A stretch of 64,000 bases of DNA from Bacteroidales bacterium (lineage in GTDB: Bacteria; Bacteroidota; Bacteroidia; Bacteroidales; F082), in NCBI GenBank assembly GCA_024400395.1, contig JAKSMW010000004.1, positions 34,467 to 98,466 on the forward strand, in the 5' to 3' direction. Each line of letters begins with the position of its first letter. Positions within the stretch are counted from its first letter, which is position 1. Under the pieces are notes generated by a model. That model was not told the origin of the DNA, did no database searches, and saw only the letters and a list, made by a program, of their open reading frames with translations. Position numbers and translations under genes: made by a program. Below, piece after piece: positions 1 through 8,426 of this stretch.

Positions 1-293
1 GCGGGATATGCGGTAGCAAAGAGAAGAGAAGAGAAATAAGAAGGACGGGGACTGCGTGGCGGTTTTATATCGGTATCGCTTAACCCGTAATAGTTAAAAC
101 AGGATACTGTTTGGAGCGAACTCTAAAGATTTTTACAATCTTTGGAGTTCGCTTCGTATGTGCCGTTTCAGGTTGTTTTCTGTCGGTTTCAAGCGTAAAT
201 ATTTGAAAATAAACATGTTGAAAGCGGGAATGTGATTCCTTTTCTAATCTGAAATAATTTTCCATAAAAGTATGAATATTTCTGAAAAAGAAG

Positions 294-301
294 TAACTTT
301 G
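294..301 (+). promoter_or_regulatory. -7 promoter box TAACTTTG
   Basis: Exact TAnnTTTG (Bacteroidota sigma-A -7 consensus), 41 nt before ATG 343. Confidence 0.55.
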
Positions 302-342
302 CAACTTAAACGAAAGAAAATATTAATTTAAAAAATCATCAA

Positions 343-2112
343 ATGAAAAAGTTTTACTTGTTAATTACAATGGTTGTTTTCAGCTTTTTCAGCATGAAAG
401 CACAGGTGGAAGCACCGGAGAATCTTCACGTTTCACCAACAGGCTGGGCGCAGTGGACCAGCAATGCGAGCATTGAGCAGCCTGAATACGGTGAGACATT
501 TTTTTATCCTTTCAATCTGCCTACTCTCGCCGGCTGGACTTTGATTGACGGCAACAATGACGGCAGGAACTGGGTTGTCGGTTATGACCCGTTCGGAGGA
601 GTCGGCGAATATTGCGCCTCATCAGCGTCAACCGACGGTTACACATCATACGGCACCGACGACTACTTGGTCTCGCCGCAGGTGCTCATCGGAAAGAAGT
701 CGGTCCTGACATACGAGATAACGAGTCACTGGGCCAGCCCGCGCGACCATTACGGCGTCGCCATCTCAACAGGAAGCCCGACAGATCCTGACGACTTCAC
801 GGTGATCTTCCACGGCGTCGCCGCTCACGGATGGCAGACAAAGACCATCGACCTCGGCCAATACGCAGGCCGCTATGTCTATATCGCATTCCGCCACTAC
901 GAGGCCGACGGCTTCAAGCTTGACCTTAAGAATGTCGCACTCGGAAATGACACAAAGAGAGATTTCATCGGTTTCAACATCAAACTCAATGACCAAGTCG
1001 TGGCACAGAACGTCCAGAATTGTTTTTATCAGTTTGAGACAAGCAATCTTGTTGAAGGACAGACATATACGACTTCCGTACAGACTGTTTTCGACGAAGG
1101 TCAGAGCGATTGGACGACATTTGAGTGGACATACGCGTCATGCGACAACTTTGAGGGTTATGAGACCGTTGAAGTCGAAAACATGGGCAACGACGTGCTG
1201 GTCTCTTGGGAGAACGAGGAGCTTGACGGCACGTATCTCTATTACGATAACGGCATGAATGAGGAGGGAATCGGCTTGGGTTCAGGCACCCCGATATACT
1301 GGGCGATTCATATTCCGGCGACAAGCCTCGTGCCTTATATCAATTACAGAGCCACGAAAGTGGCGATGTTCGACTATGAAGGACACCGCGGAAAAATCAT
1401 GATTTACCAAGGCGATGAGACAACACCGGAGAACCTGCTTTACACCCAGAACTATTTAACTAAAGGTTGCGGCCAATATATCGACATCCCGTTTGACGAG
1501 TATGTAGCCATCGACAACACAAGAGGCGTTTGGTTTGTGATGCTCAGCCTCACGGGCACTTATCCGGCACCTATAGGACCTAACACCGGCGACCCGTACG
1601 GACGTCTGTATTCCGACAACGGCACCGACTGGTACGACCTCGCCGCCAACGGCGCCGACAACTCGTTCAACCTGCGCGGTTACATCGAAGAAAACAACGG
1701 CGTCCTCGGAACGATGGTGTTCAAAAACGATGTCTGCCTGACACCAAAACCAATCCATGAGAACATTTTTGTCGATGAAGACGCAAAAGGTGAATATGCA
1801 TATTGCATCAGAAAAGTCTATTCATTCGACGCTAACGACCCGGAGAGATTCGCGATGTCATGCCCGACATGCGCCACGATCCAGGATGTCGCTGAAGTGT
1901 CGGAAAACGTCATCGGCGTTTATCCAAACCCGGCATCAGAGACAATCACAATCGAAGGCGTTGAAGTTGAAAACATCGTCGTTTACAACTCACTCGGCCA
2001 GCTCGTAGAAAAACTCGAATCAACACAGTACGTTGACGTAAGAAATTACACATCAGGCATTTACACGATGGTAATCAACGGCAGCGAGAATGTGAGATTC
2101 GTGGTGAGATAA
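343..2112 (+). CDS. T9SS-secreted protein with cleaved-adhesin / choice-of-anchor-J-like domain
   Basis: 589-aa ORF with signal peptide MKKFYLLITMVVFSFFSMKAQ. GWTLIDGNNDGRNWVV, DDYLVSPQV and RYVYIAFRHY motifs resemble gingipain-type cleaved-adhesin/CoA-J domains. C-terminal VYPNPASETITIEG...GIYTMVINGSENVRFVVR is a Por/T9SS sorting domain. Confidence 0.75.
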   Translation: MKKFYLLITMVVFSFFSMKAQVEAPENLHVSPTGWAQWTSNASIEQPEYGETFFYPFNLPTLAGWTLIDGNNDGRNWVVGYDPFGGVGEYCASSASTDGYTSYGTDDYLVSPQVLIGKKSVLTYEITSHWASPRDHYGVAISTGSPTDPDDFTVIFHGVAAHGWQTKTIDLGQYAGRYVYIAFRHYEADGFKLDLKNVALGNDTKRDFIGFNIKLNDQVVAQNVQNCFYQFETSNLVEGQTYTTSVQTVFDEGQSDWTTFEWTYASCDNFEGYETVEVENMGNDVLVSWENEELDGTYLYYDNGMNEEGIGLGSGTPIYWAIHIPATSLVPYINYRATKVAMFDYEGHRGKIMIYQGDETTPENLLYTQNYLTKGCGQYIDIPFDEYVAIDNTRGVWFVMLSLTGTYPAPIGPNTGDPYGRLYSDNGTDWYDLAANGADNSFNLRGYIEENNGVLGTMVFKNDVCLTPKPIHENIFVDEDAKGEYAYCIRKVYSFDANDPERFAMSCPTCATIQDVAEVSENVIGVYPNPASETITIEGVEVENIVVYNSLGQLVEKLESTQYVDVRNYTSGIYTMVINGSENVRFVVR

Positions 2113-2156
2113 GAAATGGGAAATGTTTTCCCAATAACATTTTATGACATAAAAAA

Positions 2157-2185
2157 GCTGGCGCGAGATATCATCTCGCGCCAGC
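2157..2185. terminator. Bidirectional terminator hairpin between convergent T9SS cargo genes
   Basis: Perfect 13-bp palindrome GCTGGCGCGAGAT-atc-ATCTCGCGCCAGC flanked by an A-run and T-rich tracts. A second 7-bp hairpin TGGGAAA-tgt-TTTCCCA lies at 2117-2133. Confidence 0.7.
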
Positions 2186-2226
2186 CGCTTTATAACTTTA
2201 CAAATTTTATAACTTTACAAACTCCC

Positions 2227-4221
2227 TTATCTCTTAACGACTTTTCTGACAACTGAATTGTTCTTGTTGTCGGTGATTCTCACGAAATAAAGGCCGTTTT
2301 CGAGGCTTTCCACGTTGATTTCATTTCTGTTCTCGACAAACATGACTTCCTGGCCGATGGCGTTGAAGATGCTGACGCTCTTGACTTCATTGTTTTCTAT
2401 GACCAAGATGTTTCTCATCGGGTTAGGATAAATGTTCACGTTTTCAAGTTTGTTTTCGTCCATGCCGAGCAGTTCGCCGCTGATTTTCACCGTGACGGTC
2501 TGTTCGCCGCCGGAAGTGAAGAGGCTTATGCTTGTCTCGGCAAAGCCTTTGGTTATGGTAGCGAGTTCGGCGCAGATTTTCATCGACAGTCCCGGTTGGA
2601 GTGTGTAAGGTAGGCTGACAGGATTTGTGCTCACGCTTGTATGGATGGTGAGGTATGAAGTGTTGTTTTCGACAATATCATTCACGGTGACAGCAGCCAA
2701 GTTTTCGTTGGTTGCGTTGAATATCGCGAACTGTTGTTCTTCATCTATCACGATTTCATCGACGTCGAATGTCAGCAATCCGGAAGAACCGCCTTCATGC
2801 TCTTCCATTGTGAAGTGGTGAGGGTCGAGTTCGCCGAACACCGGCTGCTGGTATCTGTGACCTGACTCGTCAGCGCCGAAGACGTAGTAATCGACTTCTG
2901 AAAGGCTTACGTAGCCTTTGATATAGCCGACATATTCGTCAGGATTGCCGGTTGCTGTCATGTGTGCGACCTGATATTCACCGCCGTCAATTCTGTAATA
3001 TATTAATAAGGAGTCTTGTTTCAGATTTTGTCCGCTGTATGCGATGAATTTGCTTGTGATGGCGATTGAGTCCTGCCATTGTTGTTCGCCAAACACGACA
3101 TCACGGTGGTCAACGAAGAGCATGTCGAAGTCCATGACACCGCGTGTGCGGCAGTGAAGCGCGTCGGTGTTCTCCCAGCCTATCGACCAGTCGTTGTTTT
3201 CGCAGCCGATGATTTCATAACCCGGCATTGCTTCCTGGTAAACGGCGAGTGCCTGTTGGTTGTATGAAGCGATATCTCCGAGCGGAACGAAAACTTTATT
3301 ATTGAGAATCAAGCTGTTGGTATAAGGGGCGAGTGTGTAGCCGCCTGGTTCCTGGACGCGATACACGTGGTAAGGATAGCCCCAGCAGCAGTTTGTGGTC
3401 TCAAAATATTCGGCGACTTGTTCGTAAAGCGCATATTGCGGGTTGTTTTGCGGAAGCTGTGCAATCAAGATTTTGTCGGGTGCGAGGTATTTGCCCCAGC
3501 AGTCAACGTGGGCGATGTAGTCGCCTTGCGGGTCGATGGTGATGTGATAAGGGTCGATGCCGAGGTAGTCGCGCATCTTGTTGCGGACGTTGACTTCGTT
3601 GTAGCCGTTTTCCTGAACGACGAGTTCGTCGGAGACGCCGTGTCCGCGGCCGTCTTCCATCATGTTGCCGCCGGTGTGCTGAAGGTTCATTCCGTACATC
3701 GGGATGTTCCAGTAGTTCGCGAACACACTTGAGACATTGTCGTCATTCGGACGCGGACGGTTATAGACGTTATCGACGATGGCAGGCTCACGGCCTTCGA
3801 AGATGTACCACGGACCGTAGTCGCGTACCCAATATGAATCTGTAGGCGCATTCACGAAAACGCAGTTATCCATATTGACACCGTTACTCTGATATTGTGA
3901 CCTCGCCTGACTTTCGTAACTGCTTGACACAACGGTGATTAAAGTGCAGTCTTCCGCCAATTCCCTTACGACTGAATAAGGAATTCCGAGTGGATAACGA
4001 ATCAGGACTGCCTGCATCGGCTCGAATTCCGCCACGAAACGCGGCTCGCCCGCCGGAGGATCGGTCTCCACAAAATTAATACTTCTTACAGGAGTGTGCA
4101 TCTCTTCTTCAGAAAGATAGTGCAGCTTTCTCCAGTCCAGCTTGTTCCCTTCTTGTGCATTAACTGTTAATCCGCAGCATAATGCAATGACTGTCAATAA
4201 ATTAAATAAATATTTCTTCAT
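2227..4221 (-). CDS. Porphyromonas-type peptidylarginine deiminase (PPAD)-like / agmatine-deiminase-family enzyme, T9SS cargo
   Basis: Start moved to MKKYLFNLL (ATG 4221), 23 nt downstream of a -7 box. Motifs: DSYWVRDYGPW, YNRPRPNDD, HVDCWGKYLAPDKILI, PYTNSLILNNKVFVP, AMPGYEIIG, TDALHCRT (catalytic Cys). An Ig-like middle domain follows, then the C-terminal T9SS domain IYPNPMRNILVIEN...GLYFVRITDNKNNSVVRKVVKR. Confidence 0.8.
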   Translation of the reverse strand: MKKYLFNLLTVIALCCGLTVNAQEGNKLDWRKLHYLSEEEMHTPVRSINFVETDPPAGEPRFVAEFEPMQAVLIRYPLGIPYSVVRELAEDCTLITVVSSSYESQARSQYQSNGVNMDNCVFVNAPTDSYWVRDYGPWYIFEGREPAIVDNVYNRPRPNDDNVSSVFANYWNIPMYGMNLQHTGGNMMEDGRGHGVSDELVVQENGYNEVNVRNKMRDYLGIDPYHITIDPQGDYIAHVDCWGKYLAPDKILIAQLPQNNPQYALYEQVAEYFETTNCCWGYPYHVYRVQEPGGYTLAPYTNSLILNNKVFVPLGDIASYNQQALAVYQEAMPGYEIIGCENNDWSIGWENTDALHCRTRGVMDFDMLFVDHRDVVFGEQQWQDSIAITSKFIAYSGQNLKQDSLLIYYRIDGGEYQVAHMTATGNPDEYVGYIKGYVSLSEVDYYVFGADESGHRYQQPVFGELDPHHFTMEEHEGGSSGLLTFDVDEIVIDEEQQFAIFNATNENLAAVTVNDIVENNTSYLTIHTSVSTNPVSLPYTLQPGLSMKICAELATITKGFAETSISLFTSGGEQTVTVKISGELLGMDENKLENVNIYPNPMRNILVIENNEVKSVSIFNAIGQEVMFVENRNEINVESLENGLYFVRITDNKNNSVVRKVVKR

Positions 4222-4244
4222 CTTTAAAAAATATAATTGAAGTG

Positions 4245-4252
4245 CAAAAATA
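4245..4252 (-). promoter_or_regulatory. -7 promoter box TATTTTTG
   Basis: Exact TAnnTTTG on the minus strand, 23 nt before ATG 4221 of the PPAD-like gene. Confidence 0.55.
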
Positions 4253-4306
4253 CACAATTTTATAAAATATCATCGTTTTTTCTGCGTTTAAATTTCTGAA
4301 ATTTTG

Positions 4307-4314
4307 TAATTTTG
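4307..4314 (+). promoter_or_regulatory. -7 promoter box TAATTTTG
   Basis: Exact TAnnTTTG, 25 nt before ATG 4340. Confidence 0.55.
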
Positions 4315-4339
4315 CACACGTTTTTTTAGACAATTGGAA

Positions 4340-6178
4340 ATGAAGAAACTTATTGTATTTGCGTTGCCGTTGGTGTTAATGGGATGTTCTTTCGTTGATA
4401 AGATAATACATAAAGATCTTTTTGACAGACAAGATGTTGAAACTGAAGAGGTTGCGGATGATTTTCCTGCGACCAAAAATGAATTGGTTGATGATAAACC
4501 CATTGAAATTACCAATCCGAACCTTTTGAATGATTCCGTCGATGTCATCGAAATGGATGATTCAATGATTGTTGATACCGTTGACAGAAGTCTTCCTGAC
4601 AGTGTGCAGATGCGCATTCAGGAGCTTTTTGACGCCGAAAATTCTGGTGAGGCAATCGTAGGAGAGTCGGAGACAATGCTTGATATGATTGATACTCTGC
4701 AACTTATTCCATATTTTGATGAAAGCGGGTCTAACTCGTGCAATTATCCGAAAGGATATGTCCCAACATTCCCCGACAGCGTTTATGCACAGCGAATTGA
4801 GGATTTGAATCGTGAGACGACGATTGAACTCGTTTATAACAAGCACGTCAAGTCGTTCATTGATGTGTATGCAGTCCAGAAAAGAAGCAAGACGGAGCGC
4901 ATGCTCGGTTTGGCTGATGTTTATTTCCCGATGTTTGAGGAATGTCTTGATAAACATAATATGCCATTGGAACTCAAATACTTGGCTGTTGTCGAGTCGG
5001 CGTTGAACCCGACAGCCGGTTCTCATGCAGGTGCGAAGGGTCTGTGGCAATTCATGTATGGGACGGGCAAGGTTTACAAACTCAATTCCACGACGCTTGT
5101 CGAAGACCGTTTTGATCCGTTGAAGTCAACGGAGGCGGCATGTCAGCATCTTCAGGACCTGTACGACACCTTCGGCGACTGGTTCCTTGTTTTGGCTGCA
5201 TATAACTCCGGCGCGGGCAATGTCCGCAAAGCAATCACCAGAGCCGGCGGCCTGAAAAACTACTGGGCAATCTGGCCTTACCTGCCACGTGAGACACGCG
5301 GATACGTCCCGGCTTTCATCGCTGTGAATTATATCATGAATTACGCCGCAGAACATAACATCTGCCCGCTCGACCCAGGCATCATCAAAGACGGCATTGA
5401 TACAGTGACTGTTCATCAACCACTTCATTTTGAACAACTTAATGAGATGTTAGGCATCCCGATGGAAGATTTGAAATTCTTCAATCCCCAATATAAACAA
5501 CAGATTATTCCGGCAACCGACAAGAAACCGTATATCTTGAGCATTCCTGAAAAATATGTCGATTCATATATCAGAAATGAAAAGGCTTTGTACGAATTTA
5601 AGACAAAACGTGGCATCGACAAGGAAAAGCTTCAGGAGGAGATGAAGAAAATATCCGACAGAAGCGTGCATATTGTGAAAAGTGGTGAGAATCTTGGCAG
5701 CATAGCGAAGAAATATCACGTGAGTGTCAGTCAGTTACAGAAATGGAATAACCTTAAAGGGACGAATATTTATCCTAACCAGAAACTTATCGTATATGGT
5801 TCCGGCGCCCCGATGGCCCAGGCCGGAAACTCCACTCCGGTTGAACGCTCGACGACACAGAAAATCCACACGGTGAAGTCAGGTGAGACACTCTCTAAAA
5901 TCGCATCGAAATATAAATGCACCGTCACCGACCTGAAAAAATGGAACAACTTGAAAACCATCAACATAAAGGTCGGACAGAAACTGAAAGTCTATCCGCC
6001 GGAGAATGCCTCATCGTCAAGCTCCTCATCAAATAGTTCTTCAACATATACCGTAAAATCTGGCGATAACCTCTGGAGCATCGCCAGGAAATTCAATACT
6101 ACCGTTGACAAACTCAGGAAACTCAACAATCTGAAAAACGACAATTTGGATGTCGGACAGAAATTGAAAGTGAAATAA
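4340..6178 (+). CDS. Lytic transglycosylase (MltD-like) lipoprotein with three C-terminal LysM repeats
   Basis: The ATG at 4340 gives MKKLIVFALPLVLMGCSF (lipobox). SLT motif LAVVESALNPTAGSHAGAKGLWQFM. Three LysM-like repeats: H(I/T)VKSGE(N/T)L..IA.KY...V..L.KWNNL. Confidence 0.85.
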   Translation: MKKLIVFALPLVLMGCSFVDKIIHKDLFDRQDVETEEVADDFPATKNELVDDKPIEITNPNLLNDSVDVIEMDDSMIVDTVDRSLPDSVQMRIQELFDAENSGEAIVGESETMLDMIDTLQLIPYFDESGSNSCNYPKGYVPTFPDSVYAQRIEDLNRETTIELVYNKHVKSFIDVYAVQKRSKTERMLGLADVYFPMFEECLDKHNMPLELKYLAVVESALNPTAGSHAGAKGLWQFMYGTGKVYKLNSTTLVEDRFDPLKSTEAACQHLQDLYDTFGDWFLVLAAYNSGAGNVRKAITRAGGLKNYWAIWPYLPRETRGYVPAFIAVNYIMNYAAEHNICPLDPGIIKDGIDTVTVHQPLHFEQLNEMLGIPMEDLKFFNPQYKQQIIPATDKKPYILSIPEKYVDSYIRNEKALYEFKTKRGIDKEKLQEEMKKISDRSVHIVKSGENLGSIAKKYHVSVSQLQKWNNLKGTNIYPNQKLIVYGSGAPMAQAGNSTPVERSTTQKIHTVKSGETLSKIASKYKCTVTDLKKWNNLKTINIKVGQKLKVYPPENASSSSSSSNSSSTYTVKSGDNLWSIARKFNTTVDKLRKLNNLKNDNLDVGQKLKVK

Positions 6179-6192
6179 GTCAATTAATAATG

Positions 6193-6230
6193 AAAACCCC
6201 ACATTTGGCTTTGTCAGAATGTGGGGTTTT
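6193..6230. terminator. Bidirectional Rho-independent terminator
   Basis: 12-bp stem AAAACCCCACAT / ATGTGGGGTTTT with a 14-nt loop between convergent genes. The A/T runs are part of the stem ends. Confidence 0.7.
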
Positions 6231-6251
6231 CTTGTTTGCCGATTTCAGTTT

Positions 6252-7256
6252 CTAATTGAATTTTATGCTGTAAATTATTGATTCCAACTGTCTTAGGTAA
6301 TCGCGTTTTTCCTTATTCGGGTAATAGACGAACCCTTCGACGGTTATGAGTTTGTTGTGTGCCGGGTTGATAATGGTGTAAGAAATGAACGGTCCGGCCA
6401 TGAACTCGTTGACCATGTTCCACATTCCGCGCATCTCGACGGCGTAACCGGCAGGAAAATCAGGCAAGGCCTTGAAAACCGGTTTCACAAACTCTAAATC
6501 AGTTACCATGTGACTTCCGTCAACAGGGCCGGAGATGTACTTCCCGACAACGGAGTCACGAACCTGTATAAGTCTCGTTTCACTCAAGTCTGATTCGGAT
6601 TTATATGGTAACTCATAGATTATCAGGTTCATGATGAGTTCTTTCGTCTCGGCGTCCTTGGTGATGCTCATGTATCTGTTGCGGTCAACGGCGACGCAGA
6701 AGTCTTTCGGAATGGTCATGGTGAAACCGAAGTTTTTGCTTACGACGTTCATGGCATCGGTGTTGGCGTTAGGACGGTAGAAGTTCAGAAGACGTTCACG
6801 CTCGTTATTGTCGAAAATGTCTTTTAACTTATCTTTCTGTGAATCAAAGACTTTGATCCACGTCTCGGCATCTTTCGCCTTTATTTTCATGACATATTGC
6901 GGAGCCGCCATCCAGTCGTCCTCCGATTCTATTATCGGATTCGGAAGTTCCGGGTTTATCTCTGCGATCAAGAGGTTGCGGTGCTTCTTGAACATGTCGT
7001 TCAAAGCCGCCGCGTTGATGTTTGCGACCTTGAAAGTCCTTTCCGGCTGCGGAAGTCCGTATTGCTCAACCTCGAAATATCCGCGGACAGCCTCGCCCAA
7101 CGCCCCGTTCCATTGCTCCACGTTTTGCGTGACGAACAAAATCTCCGAAGTGCCTCCGACAGAACGGTCTTTGCTCTGCTGAACCGGTTTGTCTGTACAT
7201 GAAGTGAATAATGATAACGCTATGATTATCAATGCTGCCAAACTAAATCTTTTCAT
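6252..7256 (-). CDS. Conserved Bacteroidota lipoprotein of unknown function (possibly DUF4837-like)
   Basis: The internal ATG at 7256 gives MKRFSLAALIIIALSLFTSCTD (lipobox). The upstream part of the ORF overlaps the promoter region. The family name comes from memory only. Confidence 0.55.
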   Translation of the reverse strand: MKRFSLAALIIIALSLFTSCTDKPVQQSKDRSVGGTSEILFVTQNVEQWNGALGEAVRGYFEVEQYGLPQPERTFKVANINAAALNDMFKKHRNLLIAEINPELPNPIIESEDDWMAAPQYVMKIKAKDAETWIKVFDSQKDKLKDIFDNNERERLLNFYRPNANTDAMNVVSKNFGFTMTIPKDFCVAVDRNRYMSITKDAETKELIMNLIIYELPYKSESDLSETRLIQVRDSVVGKYISGPVDGSHMVTDLEFVKPVFKALPDFPAGYAVEMRGMWNMVNEFMAGPFISYTIINPAHNKLITVEGFVYYPNKEKRDYLRQLESIIYSIKFN

Positions 7257-7279
7257 ATTTCCAAAATTAAATTCCGATG

Positions 7280-7287
7280 CAAAATTA
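7280..7287 (-). promoter_or_regulatory. -7 promoter box TAATTTTG
   Basis: Exact match on the minus strand, 23 nt before ATG 7256. A second identical box lies at 7262-7269. Confidence 0.5.
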
Positions 7288-7368
7288 ATAAATAATGTTT
7301 GAGTTTTCATTTTCAACGCATGTTTGCGAAAAAAATTATTTTGCGTCAGAAATCTCGACAAAAAATGC

Positions 7369-7376
7369 TATCTTTG
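7369..7376 (+). promoter_or_regulatory. -7 promoter box TATCTTTG
   Basis: Exact TAnnTTTG, 17 nt before ATG 7394 (mvaD). Confidence 0.55.
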
Positions 7377-7393
7377 CACCAATATTATTGACA

Positions 7394-8419
7394 ATGAAAA
7401 AGCAAGAAATTTTAGTCACGGCAAAATCTCCTTCTAACATTGCTGTTGTGAAATATTGGGGTAAACATGGCTGTCAACTGCCGAACAATCCTTCAATAAG
7501 TTTCACTTTAAGTAATTGTTTTACAGAGACATCTGTTGAATATAATCCGAAATTTCAATGTGGGATGCAGTTTCTTTTTGAAGGCGTCGAATCTCCAAAG
7601 TTCAAAGAGAAAATTGAGAAATACATCGAAAAGCATGGCGATTTATACCGATTTGACACCGAGGTGTTTTCTCATTTGAAAGTTGAAAGCAGAAACTCTT
7701 TCCCGCATTCTTCGGGCATTGCTTCGAGTGCGTCATCGATGAGCGCATTGGTGCTTTGTTTTTTGAAGTTGGAAAAAGCCTTGAATGATGATGCGACTCC
7801 TTTAGACCTTCGCCGTGCTTCAATGTTGGCGCGTTTAGCTTCCGGAAGTGCATCGCGCTCGGTGTATCCTGTAATGGCTTTGTGGGGCGAAACGCCTTGT
7901 GTTTCAGACAGTTCCGATGAATATGCCGTTCCATTGGAAAATATGGTCGCTCCGGTTTTCAAGACATATCACGACACAATCCTGATAGTTTCAAACAAGG
8001 AGAAAAGCGTTTCAAGCCGCGTCGGACATGCGTTGATGGAAGGTCATCCATTGGCCGAAAAACGTTATTTAACAGCGCGTTGCAATACAAAACGACTGCT
8101 TGAAGCACTTCGTACCGCCGACCTTGCAACGTTCATCGACATAGCCGAATCAGAAGCTGTGCAGCTTCACGAATTGATGGCGACTTCAAATCCTCCCTAC
8201 AAACTCATGGAGCCTAATACTCTGAAAATCATAGATGAAGTTCATAAATTCAGGGAAAACACAGATGTTCCGGTGTGTTTCACCCTCGATGCTGGACCGA
8301 ATGTACATCTTCTTTTCCCGGATGAGTTCAGTGAAAAAGTCAATGTTTTTATAAATGATAAATTGAAAAGTTATTGCGTTGATAACCAATATATTAGTGA
8401 TATTGTAAAAGTTTTTTAG
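7394..8419 (+). CDS. mvaD: Diphosphomevalonate decarboxylase
   Basis: Start MKKQEILVTAKSPSNIAVVKYWGK lies 17 nt after a -7 box. GHMP motifs SFPHSSGIASSASSMSAL and ASGSASRS are present. Confidence 0.8.
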   Translation: MKKQEILVTAKSPSNIAVVKYWGKHGCQLPNNPSISFTLSNCFTETSVEYNPKFQCGMQFLFEGVESPKFKEKIEKYIEKHGDLYRFDTEVFSHLKVESRNSFPHSSGIASSASSMSALVLCFLKLEKALNDDATPLDLRRASMLARLASGSASRSVYPVMALWGETPCVSDSSDEYAVPLENMVAPVFKTYHDTILIVSNKEKSVSSRVGHALMEGHPLAEKRYLTARCNTKRLLEALRTADLATFIDIAESEAVQLHELMATSNPPYKLMEPNTLKIIDEVHKFRENTDVPVCFTLDAGPNVHLLFPDEFSEKVNVFINDKLKSYCVDNQYISDIVKVF

Positions 8420-8426
8420 TTTTAAG

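Noticed and set aside
1-39. Possible 3' end of a plus-strand gene (frame 1 reads AGYAVAKRREEK*).
   Set aside because: Only 12 codons are visible at the window edge, there is no recognisable motif, and it cannot be supported.
80-304. 74-aa minus-strand ORF.
   Set aside because: It lies in the AT-rich promoter/leader region of the 343-2112 gene and overlaps its -7 box and a hairpin. It has low-complexity composition and no recognisable domain.
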